From Syntrophorhabdaceae bacterium (GTDB taxonomy: Bacteria > Desulfobacterota > Syntrophorhabdia > Syntrophorhabdales > Syntrophorhabdaceae): 64,000 nt of DNA. The notes below the pieces were generated by a model, which was given only the letters and a program-made list of their open reading frames with translations, did not search any database and was not told the origin of the DNA. Where the stretch lies: contig OY762209.1 of NCBI GenBank assembly GCA_963665295.1, forward strand, positions 1,888,001 through 1,952,000, given 5' to 3'. Positions within the stretch are counted from its first letter, which is position 1, and each line of letters starts with the position of its first letter. Below, in pieces: positions 9,042 through 17,350 of the stretch. The translations under genes were made by a program, and so were the position numbers.

Positions 9042-11030
9042 ATGCCTGCAAAGGGCTCGAAAACCGCAGCGCTCATCAGCCTCATCGTTTTTGCCCTCGT
9101 ATTTGCGTTCCTGCCCGTGGGCAGCGCTCGCGGCGACTCATCATCGCCGGTGGTGGAATGGTCCCTTGAGGCGGAACTGCTTGTCCCGGTTGACGGGGGT
9201 GTTGACCACATGAGCGCCCTCACCTCGAAACTTAATGCGAATAACGCCAGGTCGGACGCGAGGGTCATCGCTTCCGACGAAAGAGGCGTCACCTATGCCT
9301 TCAAAGCGTCGGGAAAGAGCGACGTGAATGCCCTCCGCTCCGTCCTTTATACGGCCGCCGCGCCCGGGTTCAGACTCCTCGGAGGAGTGACTGAGATGGA
9401 GGTCAGGGGGCGGGCTTTGGGTAAACAGAACACCACCATCATCCTTGAATCAAACCCCTCCACCGGATATGGCTGGAGACTCTCCCCGGGGAGCGCGGTG
9501 ACGCGGAGCGCCCCTGACAGGTACGAACACGCCCGCGGTTATGGTGCTTCTCAACGCCAGATCCTCCTCCTGACCTCGGACGCGACCGGGGAAGCGCCCA
9601 TCAAGCTCGTATATAAACGTTCTTGGGAAGACAGGGTCCCGACGCGGAGTCTGAAACTCTCCTTCCCGCTTTTGCCTGAAAAACTCGACCTCAGCAACCC
9701 CGATACGCCCGTTGCCCCGGTTGTCGCGGAAGAAGACAGGGTGCAGGAGAGCGCCTTTCCTGCCCTTTCCGTGGACCTGCCCTCCCACTTTGACTGGAGG
9801 GAGTCAGGCATTGTCCCCGCAGTCCGCGACCAGGGTTACTGCGGGAGTTGCTGGGCCTTCGGCACCGTGGGGATCATGGAGTCCGCTCTCTGGAAAAACG
9901 GCGTGGCAGACGTGGACCTGTCCGAACAGTTCCTCCTTTCGTGCAACAAGGACAAGTGGAACTGCGAGTCCGGAGGGTTTACCGCCCACAAGTACCACTA
10001 TAACACCACGGGACAGAAGCAGAAGACCGTGGGCGCGGTCCTCGAGGCCGCCAAGCCCTACACCGCAACGGACGGCACCTGCGGTACGACTGACTATAAC
10101 AAGTCCTTCAGGCTGACGGGCTGGAAATTCATTACGGGCTCGGAGAAGACCGTAGCCACGGTTGAACAGATAAAGAACGCCATTTACACCTATGGCCCGG
10201 TCACCGCAGGGGTCTGCGCGGGTAGCGGCTGGGACGATTATGCGGGCGGCGTGTTCTCCACCGACGAAACGTCCGAGTGCTGCGACCCGGGCGAGAAGGG
10301 CTGCACGAACCACCAGATTATCCTCGTGGGCTGGGACGACGAAGAACAATACTGGATACTGCGGAACAGCTGGGGTGAAGGCTGGGGGATAGACGGCTAT
10401 ATGCACATCAGGTACGATATTTCCCGCGTGGGCGAGGGGACCTCATGGGTTACCACCAAAGGCACGCTTACGCCCTCCATAGTCATCGATTCGCCGACCC
10501 TGCCGGATGGCGAGGTCAAGGTGGCCTACGTGACGGCGACCATGTCGGTGGTAAACGGCACGGGCCCCTACAAATGGGCGGCTGCCCCGGGAAGCGCGGT
10601 CCCGGCCGGTCTCAAGCTCAAGACAGGCAAGGATACGAGTATTGTTACCATTTCGGGAACACCTTCCAAGGCGGGTTCCTATAGCTTCACCGTGCGGGTG
10701 ACGGATAAGGACCAGAGGTCGGAAGACCAGGCCCTCACAGTTGTCGTCTATCCGGTACTCGCTGTCTCTCCCGACAAATTACCGAATGCCGTGGTGGGGA
10801 CAGCTTATACGCAGGCCCTCGCAGTCACGGGAGGAAGCGGCGCGGGTTACCAGTATTCAACTGTGGGGAAGACGCCTTCCTGGCTAACGGTGAGTTCTGA
10901 AGGCGTCATTGCAGGCACGCCTACCACGGCGGGAAGCTGTCAGGTCAGTGTGAGGGTAACGGACAGCCTTGGAGGATCGGTCATGAAGAGATACACTATT
11001 AAGGTTGCCAAGGCCCCTGCCGCGTTGTAG
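9042..11030 (+). CDS. secreted C1A cysteine protease paralogue with I42-like domain and two putative Ig (He_PIG-like) domains
   Basis: Same ESNPSTGYGW, DQGYCGSCWAF, NHQI and RNSWG motifs. C-terminal LPDGEVKVAY...ISGTPSKAGSYSFTVRVTD and LPNAVVGTAY...IAGTPTTAG...VRVTDS. Confidence 0.88.
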   Translation: MPAKGSKTAALISLIVFALVFAFLPVGSARGDSSSPVVEWSLEAELLVPVDGGVDHMSALTSKLNANNARSDARVIASDERGVTYAFKASGKSDVNALRSVLYTAAAPGFRLLGGVTEMEVRGRALGKQNTTIILESNPSTGYGWRLSPGSAVTRSAPDRYEHARGYGASQRQILLLTSDATGEAPIKLVYKRSWEDRVPTRSLKLSFPLLPEKLDLSNPDTPVAPVVAEEDRVQESAFPALSVDLPSHFDWRESGIVPAVRDQGYCGSCWAFGTVGIMESALWKNGVADVDLSEQFLLSCNKDKWNCESGGFTAHKYHYNTTGQKQKTVGAVLEAAKPYTATDGTCGTTDYNKSFRLTGWKFITGSEKTVATVEQIKNAIYTYGPVTAGVCAGSGWDDYAGGVFSTDETSECCDPGEKGCTNHQIILVGWDDEEQYWILRNSWGEGWGIDGYMHIRYDISRVGEGTSWVTTKGTLTPSIVIDSPTLPDGEVKVAYVTATMSVVNGTGPYKWAAAPGSAVPAGLKLKTGKDTSIVTISGTPSKAGSYSFTVRVTDKDQRSEDQALTVVVYPVLAVSPDKLPNAVVGTAYTQALAVTGGSGAGYQYSTVGKTPSWLTVSSEGVIAGTPTTAGSCQVSVRVTDSLGGSVMKRYTIKVAKAPAAL

Positions 11031-11190
11031 AACGGCCCCTTCCTTCCGGTGCGGGCCTGTCGGTCGAAAGGCGACCGGCAACCCGGGCCTTGCGCCGGCT
11101 AAAGAATTCGGAACTACGGTATGAGGCCGGGTATCCCGGGAGTAATCCGTCGCGAATTTCGGAAGCACGTGCACAATGGAGGGTGGTGTC

Positions 11191-12009
11191 CTAATTTGCC
11201 TTAAGTAAATCCTTCACACTCCAAATATGATCTGTGATTCCTGCGGCCATTGCGGGAGTAACCCTAAGAGAGCTATGTACCCTCACGAAGTTATAATGCG
11301 CGAAGTGGAGCGCTACAGCAGCCTTGAGGTTCTCAAGCTTCTTACTAAAGGCATTAGTCAGACGAGTCAACCGGCGCATTTGCATTCTCATAGTCAGGTT
11401 TTGCCGTTCAATATATGATGTGGATATTTTGGACACATCTGGCCGACCGGATACGACTATCCGATCAGCCTTAATCACGTGCGGGGGGCTATACCTTCCC
11501 GGCCCGATAGGCTCAGCCTCATAGGCTTTTACCACTTGTCCATAATCCACTTCTGCACCGAATGCTAACTCAACCGCATCCACATAAGCGGACAGTGCAT
11601 CACTACTTATCTGCACTCTGTTCTCTAGCCTCTCCGATAGGTCGCTCATAAACGCACAGGCATTTTGAATTGATCTCTTGCCTACCAAATAAGCAGGGAT
11701 GAGCTTGCTATCTGCATCAAGGGCGACCCATACCCATTGATCGCCCACTTCAAACATATTATCGTTTTTAGTAAGGTGCCGTTGTTTCTTCCCAACATAA
11801 CACCATATTTCATCTACCTGGATATTCTCACATTGTAAGTGATTCATTGTGGAATCCATAATGTCTTCGCAATTCTGACCGGTGCGAACCATGAGGCGCA
11901 TAATCGTGTCTCTATGAATACCCGTCATACGCTCGACCGACCGTATAGACGTACCCTCGACTAATGCGCCTATTGCCATTGCCCGTTTCTCTGCCGATAA
12001 AATATTCAT
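11191..12009 (-). CDS. IS1-family DDE transposase
   Basis: GGAGG RBS then MNILSAEK; HTH (EGTSIRSVERMTGIHRDT); QVDEIW, SSDA, YIERQNLTMR, NAFSKK, YNFVRVH. Stop codon lies inside the IR. Confidence 0.9.
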   Translation of the reverse strand: MNILSAEKRAMAIGALVEGTSIRSVERMTGIHRDTIMRLMVRTGQNCEDIMDSTMNHLQCENIQVDEIWCYVGKKQRHLTKNDNMFEVGDQWVWVALDADSKLIPAYLVGKRSIQNACAFMSDLSERLENRVQISSDALSAYVDAVELAFGAEVDYGQVVKAYEAEPIGPGRYSPPHVIKADRIVVSGRPDVSKISTSYIERQNLTMRMQMRRLTRLTNAFSKKLENLKAAVALHFAHYNFVRVHSSLRVTPAMAAGITDHIWSVKDLLKAN

Positions 12010-12046
12010 TGCAAAACCTCCCGTTGCCGTATACAATTAGGGATAG

Positions 12047-12116
12047 CGGAGCGCAGGGGTATTGAACCCCTAACGAACGGGTGTAAGCCCCGATCTGAGT
12101 CCCCAACTCGCGCCCC
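12047..12116 (-). ncRNA. tRNA-like cloverleaf (non-canonical; Val/TAC-like loop) in the transposase leader
   Basis: GGGGCGC/GCGCTCC acceptor stem; GAGT-TGGGG-ACTC D-like arm; CGGG-GCTTACA-CCCG anticodon-like arm; AGGGG-TTCAATA-CCCCT T-arm; ends G-CTA. Confidence 0.7.
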
Positions 12117-12195
12117 ATGACTTAGTAGGGGAACAGGTTGCTTGGTCAGCTTGTTTCCCTTTTCTTTTTGGTTGGTTATCGACTTCATGCAGACT

Positions 12196-12224
12196 ATTAT
12201 AATAAATTTATTATAATATGTCAA
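12196..12224 (-). promoter_or_regulatory. consensus sigma70 promoter for the tRNA-like RNA and transposase, overlapped by a palindromic operator
   Basis: Minus strand TTGACA (12224-12219), 17-nt spacer, TATAAT (12201-12196). Perfect 24-bp palindrome at 12195-12218. Confidence 0.8.
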
Positions 12225-12242
12225 CAATATACCACTTGAAAT

Positions 12243-12260
12243 TATAATTTTTTTATTATA
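12243..12260. promoter_or_regulatory. second operator-like palindrome upstream of the RelE-like gene
   Basis: TATAAT-N6-ATTATA, same half-sites and spacing as 12198-12215. Confidence 0.55.
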
Positions 12261-12265
12261 TAGTT

Positions 12266-12646
12266 ATGAAAGAATGGACCTTCAAGGTATTCGTTGAAAA
12301 TGGCTATTGTGACTTCGTTGAAGAGTGGGAGAAGAGACTTCCTACAAAGGCGAAAGCCAAAATGCATTGGCTAATAACGGAGATGCAAAAAATAAAAGAC
12401 TGGACACAAACGAAATATTTTCGTCCCCTCACCAATACGGAGGGAATATGCGAGTTGAGGTTCCAGGTTGGCAACGCGCAATATAGACCTCTAGGTTGTT
12501 TTGGACCTGATGATGGTTGTTTTACCTTGTTGATGGGAGCAAAAGAGGTCGGTGGGAACATTATACCAAAAACTGCTATCTGGACAGCGACAAAAAGAAA
12601 AGTCATGATCGGCAAAGACAGGAGGCATGTCGATGAGTACTATTGA
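12266..12646 (+). CDS. type II toxin, RelE/ParE (Gp49/HigB-like) family
   Basis: 126 aa; FRPLTNTEGICELRFQVGNAQYRPLGCF...LLMGAKE; lies directly upstream of and overlaps an HTH gene. Confidence 0.8.
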   Translation: MKEWTFKVFVENGYCDFVEEWEKRLPTKAKAKMHWLITEMQKIKDWTQTKYFRPLTNTEGICELRFQVGNAQYRPLGCFGPDDGCFTLLMGAKEVGGNIIPKTAIWTATKRKVMIGKDRRHVDEYY

Positions 12647-13187
12647 TAAACGCAAGAATAGACTATTGGAAGAACTGCAAGACAAAGAATACAGGGACGC
12701 TTATACTTCTGCGGCGGTTGACATTGGAATAGCATTTCAGATAAAGGCGTTAAGAGAGCAAAGACAATGGACTCAGATGGAATTTGGTAAAATAGCGAAA
12801 ATGGCACAAGCAAGAATACATGAGCTAGAAGATCCCGATAGGCCGCCAAGCCTAAGAACATTGAAGAGGTTGGCTAACGCATTTGATGTGGGGTTAATAG
12901 TCAGATTTGTTCCAATAAGCGAAATAGTTAAATATGATCTAGATTTGTCTGATTCTCACTCTATGGCCCTATCCTCTAACTCTGCGGGAGTTAATAGCTA
13001 CAAGGACGATGCTTATTTCAGGAAGCCAGAAGGACAAGATTCTCTTGAACTATTTATGCCTTCTCCCCCCAAAGGGCAATTTCTAGGAGCTGGAGGGAGC
13101 CAAATAATGGATATGGACACGTTTAAGCAGTCCAGAAGCCAAACCGGGTTATCATTGGGTGAAAATAATGAAGCTGCTATCCGTTGA
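12633..13187 (+). CDS. XRE-family HTH antitoxin/repressor with C-terminal extension
   Basis: IAFQIKALREQRQWTQMEFGKIAKMAQARIHELE...SLRTLKRLANAFDV; GGAGG RBS at 12621. Confidence 0.85.
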   Translation: MSTIDKRKNRLLEELQDKEYRDAYTSAAVDIGIAFQIKALREQRQWTQMEFGKIAKMAQARIHELEDPDRPPSLRTLKRLANAFDVGLIVRFVPISEIVKYDLDLSDSHSMALSSNSAGVNSYKDDAYFRKPEGQDSLELFMPSPPKGQFLGAGGSQIMDMDTFKQSRSQTGLSLGENNEAAIR

Positions 13188-13827
13188 TCTAGCGCAAGCA
13201 TGGTGGTATGGACAACTGAAAGATTTTAATCCAAGGGGGGCTGCATGGTTGTCCATCCTTACGCCATGGTTATCGGAGGTTTATGGTTTGCAGCCAATGC
13301 AGCCCATAGAAGAGGAAGCTAAACAGGGTGCCATCAAATTTAAGAAGGGAATATACTCTCTTGCTAAAGGAGGGTTACCGATTGAAATAAGCCAATTATC
13401 TTTTTTTCCCGCTGGAATAGGAGCGCAAACATCGCACTCTACAGAAGCCTGTGAAACATTTTTGGTCGATTTGTTTACTAGACTTGCCGTAACTTTTGGT
13501 GTTCTGGAATATAGAGAAGTTATACAACGGAAAAGGTATTTCAGCCAGGTTTGGGTTAATACCGACAAAAACATAGAATTGCTCAACCCCAAACTAAAAG
13601 CGATTACGGAGTACCTTTCTAGCGAGGTTGAGGAAGGAAAGTTAAAGTTTGAAGCAGGCGGTATATCGTTTTGGCCAGACCAAACGGCGAAGTTTCCACC
13701 ATCGGCATTTGTTTTCGAAAGGGCAGGTAATATACCATTTTCGGAAAATAGGTACTTTTCTAGGGCGCCATTGACGACGGATAAACACCTTCATTTGCTA
13801 GAGATGTTGGAGAACATCTTGGCCTGA
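13168..13827 (+). CDS. hypothetical passenger protein
   Basis: 219-aa ORF overlapping the XRE gene and coupled (TGATG) to the next gene; no motif recognised. Confidence 0.7.
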   Translation: MKLLSVDLAQAWWYGQLKDFNPRGAAWLSILTPWLSEVYGLQPMQPIEEEAKQGAIKFKKGIYSLAKGGLPIEISQLSFFPAGIGAQTSHSTEACETFLVDLFTRLAVTFGVLEYREVIQRKRYFSQVWVNTDKNIELLNPKLKAITEYLSSEVEEGKLKFEAGGISFWPDQTAKFPPSAFVFERAGNIPFSENRYFSRAPLTTDKHLHLLEMLENILA

Positions 13828-14126
13828 TGGATGCCCAACTAAAAGAAACATTAGAAAAGCTTCATAACTGTATTGCCTCCTTCATTGAAGACGTTGTTGT
13901 CGTGGAGAAGTTTGGTAATAAAACGGTGTGGAGCGGCACAGTATCGGTATATGAGATTAAAGGCCATCCCCAAGCCACCAAAGCCTATGCGTGGTCTTCG
14001 CCTATCGAAGGCAGCACAAAGAGACGGTATTATGCCGTGCTTCATATCCCGCCCGTAGATTCTCCGGAGAAGGCGGTAAGGGCGGCGATAGTTCAAGATA
14101 GTCGATCCAAAAGGTTAACATCATAA
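13827..14126 (+). CDS. hypothetical passenger protein
   Basis: 99 aa; VWSGTVSVYEIKGHP...YAWS...AVLHIPPVDSPEKAVRAAI; translationally coupled to the upstream gene. Confidence 0.75.
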   Translation: MDAQLKETLEKLHNCIASFIEDVVVVEKFGNKTVWSGTVSVYEIKGHPQATKAYAWSSPIEGSTKRRYYAVLHIPPVDSPEKAVRAAIVQDSRSKRLTS

Positions 14127-14150
14127 ACATTTACCTTAAGGGAGGTTTAA

Positions 14151-14915
14151 ATGGAACAGTTAGCTTTGATTCCTCACACGGTAGGAACCACACTTATTCA
14201 TCAAAGAGCTATGGATGGTTATGTAAACGCTACCGCCATCTGTAACGCCGCTGGCAAGAAATTCAATGATTATTCAAGGCTCAGCGTTACGAAGGCTTTT
14301 ATAGAAGAGCTTTCCGGGGCGGCGGGAATTCCCGCCGACCTGTTAATCTTCACTGTTACAGATGGTCCGATGCACGGACGTGGAACATGGGTACACCCTG
14401 ACGTGGCGATAAACCTTGGGCAATGGTGTTCCCCTAAATTTGCGGTTGCAGTTTCTCAGTGGGTTAAAGAATGGATTGCCAACCGATCAAAGCCGCAAAA
14501 CATGCCTTACCACATTCAGAGGTATCTGGCTAATAGAGGCGAGATACCTCCCACGCATTTTTCTATGTTGAATGAAATGATTTTTGCCCTAATAGCCCCG
14601 TTAGAGTCTGCGGGGTATACCATTCCCGACGACATGGTTCCTGATATATCGGCAGGAAGAATGTTCTGTAAGTGGCTAAGGGATGAGAAAGACATTGATA
14701 CAGATATGTTGCCCACTTATAGACACGTGTTTGAAGATGGTCGCACCGTCTTCCCCAAACTTTATCCCAATGAGGTCCTTGCTGACTTCAGAGATTATTT
14801 TCACACTAGATGGTTGCCAGAAAAGGCAGAGGCTTATTTTGGGGATCGAGACCCAAAAGCCTTGCCATATCTTAAGAAAGTTCTTCCGAAGGAACCCAAG
14901 AAGTTGAAGTCATGA
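14151..14915 (+). CDS. KilA-N domain DNA-binding protein
   Basis: IHQRAMDGYVNATAICNAAGKKFNDYSRL...GTWVHPDVAINLGQWCSPKFAV; GGAGG RBS. Confidence 0.88.
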   Translation: MEQLALIPHTVGTTLIHQRAMDGYVNATAICNAAGKKFNDYSRLSVTKAFIEELSGAAGIPADLLIFTVTDGPMHGRGTWVHPDVAINLGQWCSPKFAVAVSQWVKEWIANRSKPQNMPYHIQRYLANRGEIPPTHFSMLNEMIFALIAPLESAGYTIPDDMVPDISAGRMFCKWLRDEKDIDTDMLPTYRHVFEDGRTVFPKLYPNEVLADFRDYFHTRWLPEKAEAYFGDRDPKALPYLKKVLPKEPKKLKS

Positions 14916-15061
14916 AATAGCATTTTTTGTGCCACGGAAAGGAACTCTGGATTTCAAATTAGGACACCACCCAATAGAGCATCCTTTTGACATTCGCCCC
15001 CCCTTTCAGGGTATATTAATGGAGTTTTGCTGTTTTCATGATTGATTGCGTGTAACTTTAT

Positions 15062-17296
15062 ATGGCCGAATCCACGAAACCTTTTGACAATACATCTTCC
15101 CCGGGGGAAGTACTCTCCGCATGTTTTGGCTATGAGACCTTCCGCGAGCACCAGGAAGAGGCCATAACCCAGGTCATGGCGGGAAAGGACGCCTTTGTCC
15201 TCATGCCCACGGGGAGTGGGAAATCCATTTGTTACCAGATTCCCGCCATAATGCGTTCGGGGGTGGGCGTGGTGATTTCGCCCCTCATCGCCCTGATGCA
15301 GGACCAGGTGGACGCGGTGCGTCAGTCGGGGGTCCGGGCAGGTTTCCTCAATTCCACCTTGACCTACGGGGAAGCCCGCAGGGTGGAGGAGAAGATGATA
15401 GCGGGCGAGTTGGACCTGCTCTACGTAGCGCCTGAGAGGCTTGTCACGGAGGGCTTCATGAGGGTCCTGGGGGGCACGAAAATAGCGCTCTTCGCCATAG
15501 ATGAAGCCCATTGCGTTTCCCAGTGGGGGCACGATTTCAGGCCCGAATACCTGAAGCTCGGCATCCTTCCGGAACAGTTCCCCCACGTGCCGCGCATTGC
15601 GCTCACGGCCACCGCGGACGAGGTCACGAGAAAGGAGATTATCGAGAAGCTCCACCTCGAAAAGGCGAGGCAGTTCATTTCAAGTTTTGACAGGCCCAAT
15701 ATCCGCTACAGGGTCGAGGTGAAGCAGAACGAGAAGGCCCAGTTGCTGGAGTTCCTCCGCCTGGAGCATCCGGGCCATTCGGGGATCGTTTATTGCATGA
15801 CGAGAAAGAAGGTGGACGAAATCGCGGAGTTCCTTTCCGGTAAAGGTATAACCGCCCTTCCTTATCACGCGGGCCTCGACCGGGATGCGCGGTTGAAGAA
15901 CCAGAGACAATTTCTCGGCGGCGACGGCATAGTCATGGTGGCTACCATAGCCTTCGGCATGGGCATCGACAAGCCCGATGTCCGTTTTGTAGCCCACCTG
16001 AATCTGCCGAAAACCCTGGAGGGTTACTATCAGGAAACGGGCCGCGCAGGGCGTGACGGGGATGCGGCCGACGCCTGGATGATATACAGCCTTGCCGACG
16101 TTATCATCCTGAGGCAGATGCTCGAGGGCTCCCAGGGGGACGAAGAGTACAAGTTCATTCAGCGCCGCAAGATGGAGGCCATGCTGGGCTACTGCGAGAC
16201 TTCGAAGTGCCGCAGGCAGGTGCTCCTCGGTTATTTCGGTGAAGAACTTGCCCTTCCATGCGGGAACTGCGACATGTGCGAGGGGAAGATCGAGACCTGG
16301 GACGGGTCGTCCGTTGCCCGAAAGGCCCTGTCCTGTGTAAAGGAGACGGGCCAGATGTTCGGGTCCCAGTACCTGATTGATGTGCTTATGGGCAAGGAGA
16401 ACGAAAGGATCCGCCGGTTCGGTCATGACAGGACCTCCGTATTCGGAACCGGAAAGGACCTCTCCCTGGCCGAATGGAAATCCGTATTCCGGCAACTGGT
16501 CGCCCAGGGTCTCCTGAGTGTCAGCATTGAGGATAAAGGCGGTTTCAAGCTGACCCCCGCGAGCCGTCCCGTGCTGAAAGGTGAACAAGGGTTCGAGCTT
16601 CGCAAAGACCCGGTCCCCGTGAGAAGCAAGGCAAGGAAGACCGCGGGCAAGGGCGCGGCATCGGCGGGAAAGGAGCGCTCCGGGGCTGCCCCGGGGTCGT
16701 TCCGAAACGAGGTTTTTGAAAAACTGCGCGCCTTGCGGCTCAGGATAGCGAAGGAGCAGGGCGTGCCCCCTTACGTGATATTCCACGACAAGACATTATG
16801 GGAGCTCATAGAGGTGTGTCCCCGGTCCCTGGAAGAGATGAAGGACGTGTCGGGCATAGGCGGGAAGAAGATAGAACAATACGGCGATCTGTTTCTTGAG
16901 GTCATGGTGGAGTGCAGCGAAGGACTCAGGAACGGTTCGGGTCCCGCAGAGCAGGGCGCGGGCCATAGGGCAACGGGTGGTTCGTCCCGTGAGGGCCGGG
17001 AGAACGAGCCTGCCGACACCCCCGTTCCGTGTAACGCCATCTCCATCGAGGAGGCCATCATGTTTATAAAGAAGAGGCCCCTGGTAATGCGCGATGAAGA
17101 GATCGACGATGAGAGTATCCTGAAGATAAGGGAACGATACCGAAGGGCTTATGAACCATGGAGCGCGGACGAAGGGGACTTGCTGCTCAATCTCTATAAC
17201 AGAATAAAGGAGCCCAAGGCGCTGGCCATGATCTTCCAGCGCCAGCCTGACGCGATCGAGTCGCGTATCAGGCAGCTTACCGGATTAAAGAAGTGA
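15062..17296 (+). CDS. recQ: ATP-dependent DNA helicase RecQ with HRDC and extra C-terminal domain
   Basis: MPTGSGKS, DEAHCVSQWGHDFRP, TATA, QETGRAGRDG, Zn-binding Cys cluster, RQC, HRDC (VPPYVIFHDKTL). Confidence 0.96.
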   Translation: MAESTKPFDNTSSPGEVLSACFGYETFREHQEEAITQVMAGKDAFVLMPTGSGKSICYQIPAIMRSGVGVVISPLIALMQDQVDAVRQSGVRAGFLNSTLTYGEARRVEEKMIAGELDLLYVAPERLVTEGFMRVLGGTKIALFAIDEAHCVSQWGHDFRPEYLKLGILPEQFPHVPRIALTATADEVTRKEIIEKLHLEKARQFISSFDRPNIRYRVEVKQNEKAQLLEFLRLEHPGHSGIVYCMTRKKVDEIAEFLSGKGITALPYHAGLDRDARLKNQRQFLGGDGIVMVATIAFGMGIDKPDVRFVAHLNLPKTLEGYYQETGRAGRDGDAADAWMIYSLADVIILRQMLEGSQGDEEYKFIQRRKMEAMLGYCETSKCRRQVLLGYFGEELALPCGNCDMCEGKIETWDGSSVARKALSCVKETGQMFGSQYLIDVLMGKENERIRRFGHDRTSVFGTGKDLSLAEWKSVFRQLVAQGLLSVSIEDKGGFKLTPASRPVLKGEQGFELRKDPVPVRSKARKTAGKGAASAGKERSGAAPGSFRNEVFEKLRALRLRIAKEQGVPPYVIFHDKTLWELIEVCPRSLEEMKDVSGIGGKKIEQYGDLFLEVMVECSEGLRNGSGPAEQGAGHRATGGSSREGRENEPADTPVPCNAISIEEAIMFIKKRPLVMRDEEIDDESILKIRERYRRAYEPWSADEGDLLLNLYNRIKEPKALAMIFQRQPDAIESRIRQLTGLKK

Positions 17297-17350
17297 CCCT
17301 AGAGTGTTTCAAAGGGGTGAAACATAGGGGAGACGAAAGGGAAAAGACGT

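Larger units (their letters stand above)
11182..14971 (-). mobile_element. IS1-family transporter IS / compact transposon with passenger genes (3790 bp)
   Basis: Perfect 17-bp IRs GGTGGTGTCCTAATTTG (11182-11198 and 14955-14971). Flanking 8-bp direct repeat CAATGGAG (11174-11181) / CAATAGAG (14972-14979). Interior visibly AT-richer than the flanks. Confidence 0.9.

Noticed and set aside
12047..12116. Calling the cloverleaf a functional tRNA-Val or an att site
   Set aside because: The anticodon loop is out of register and the D-arm linker is missing. It lies inside the IRs with no duplicated 3' end or integrase, so it is kept only as tRNA-like.
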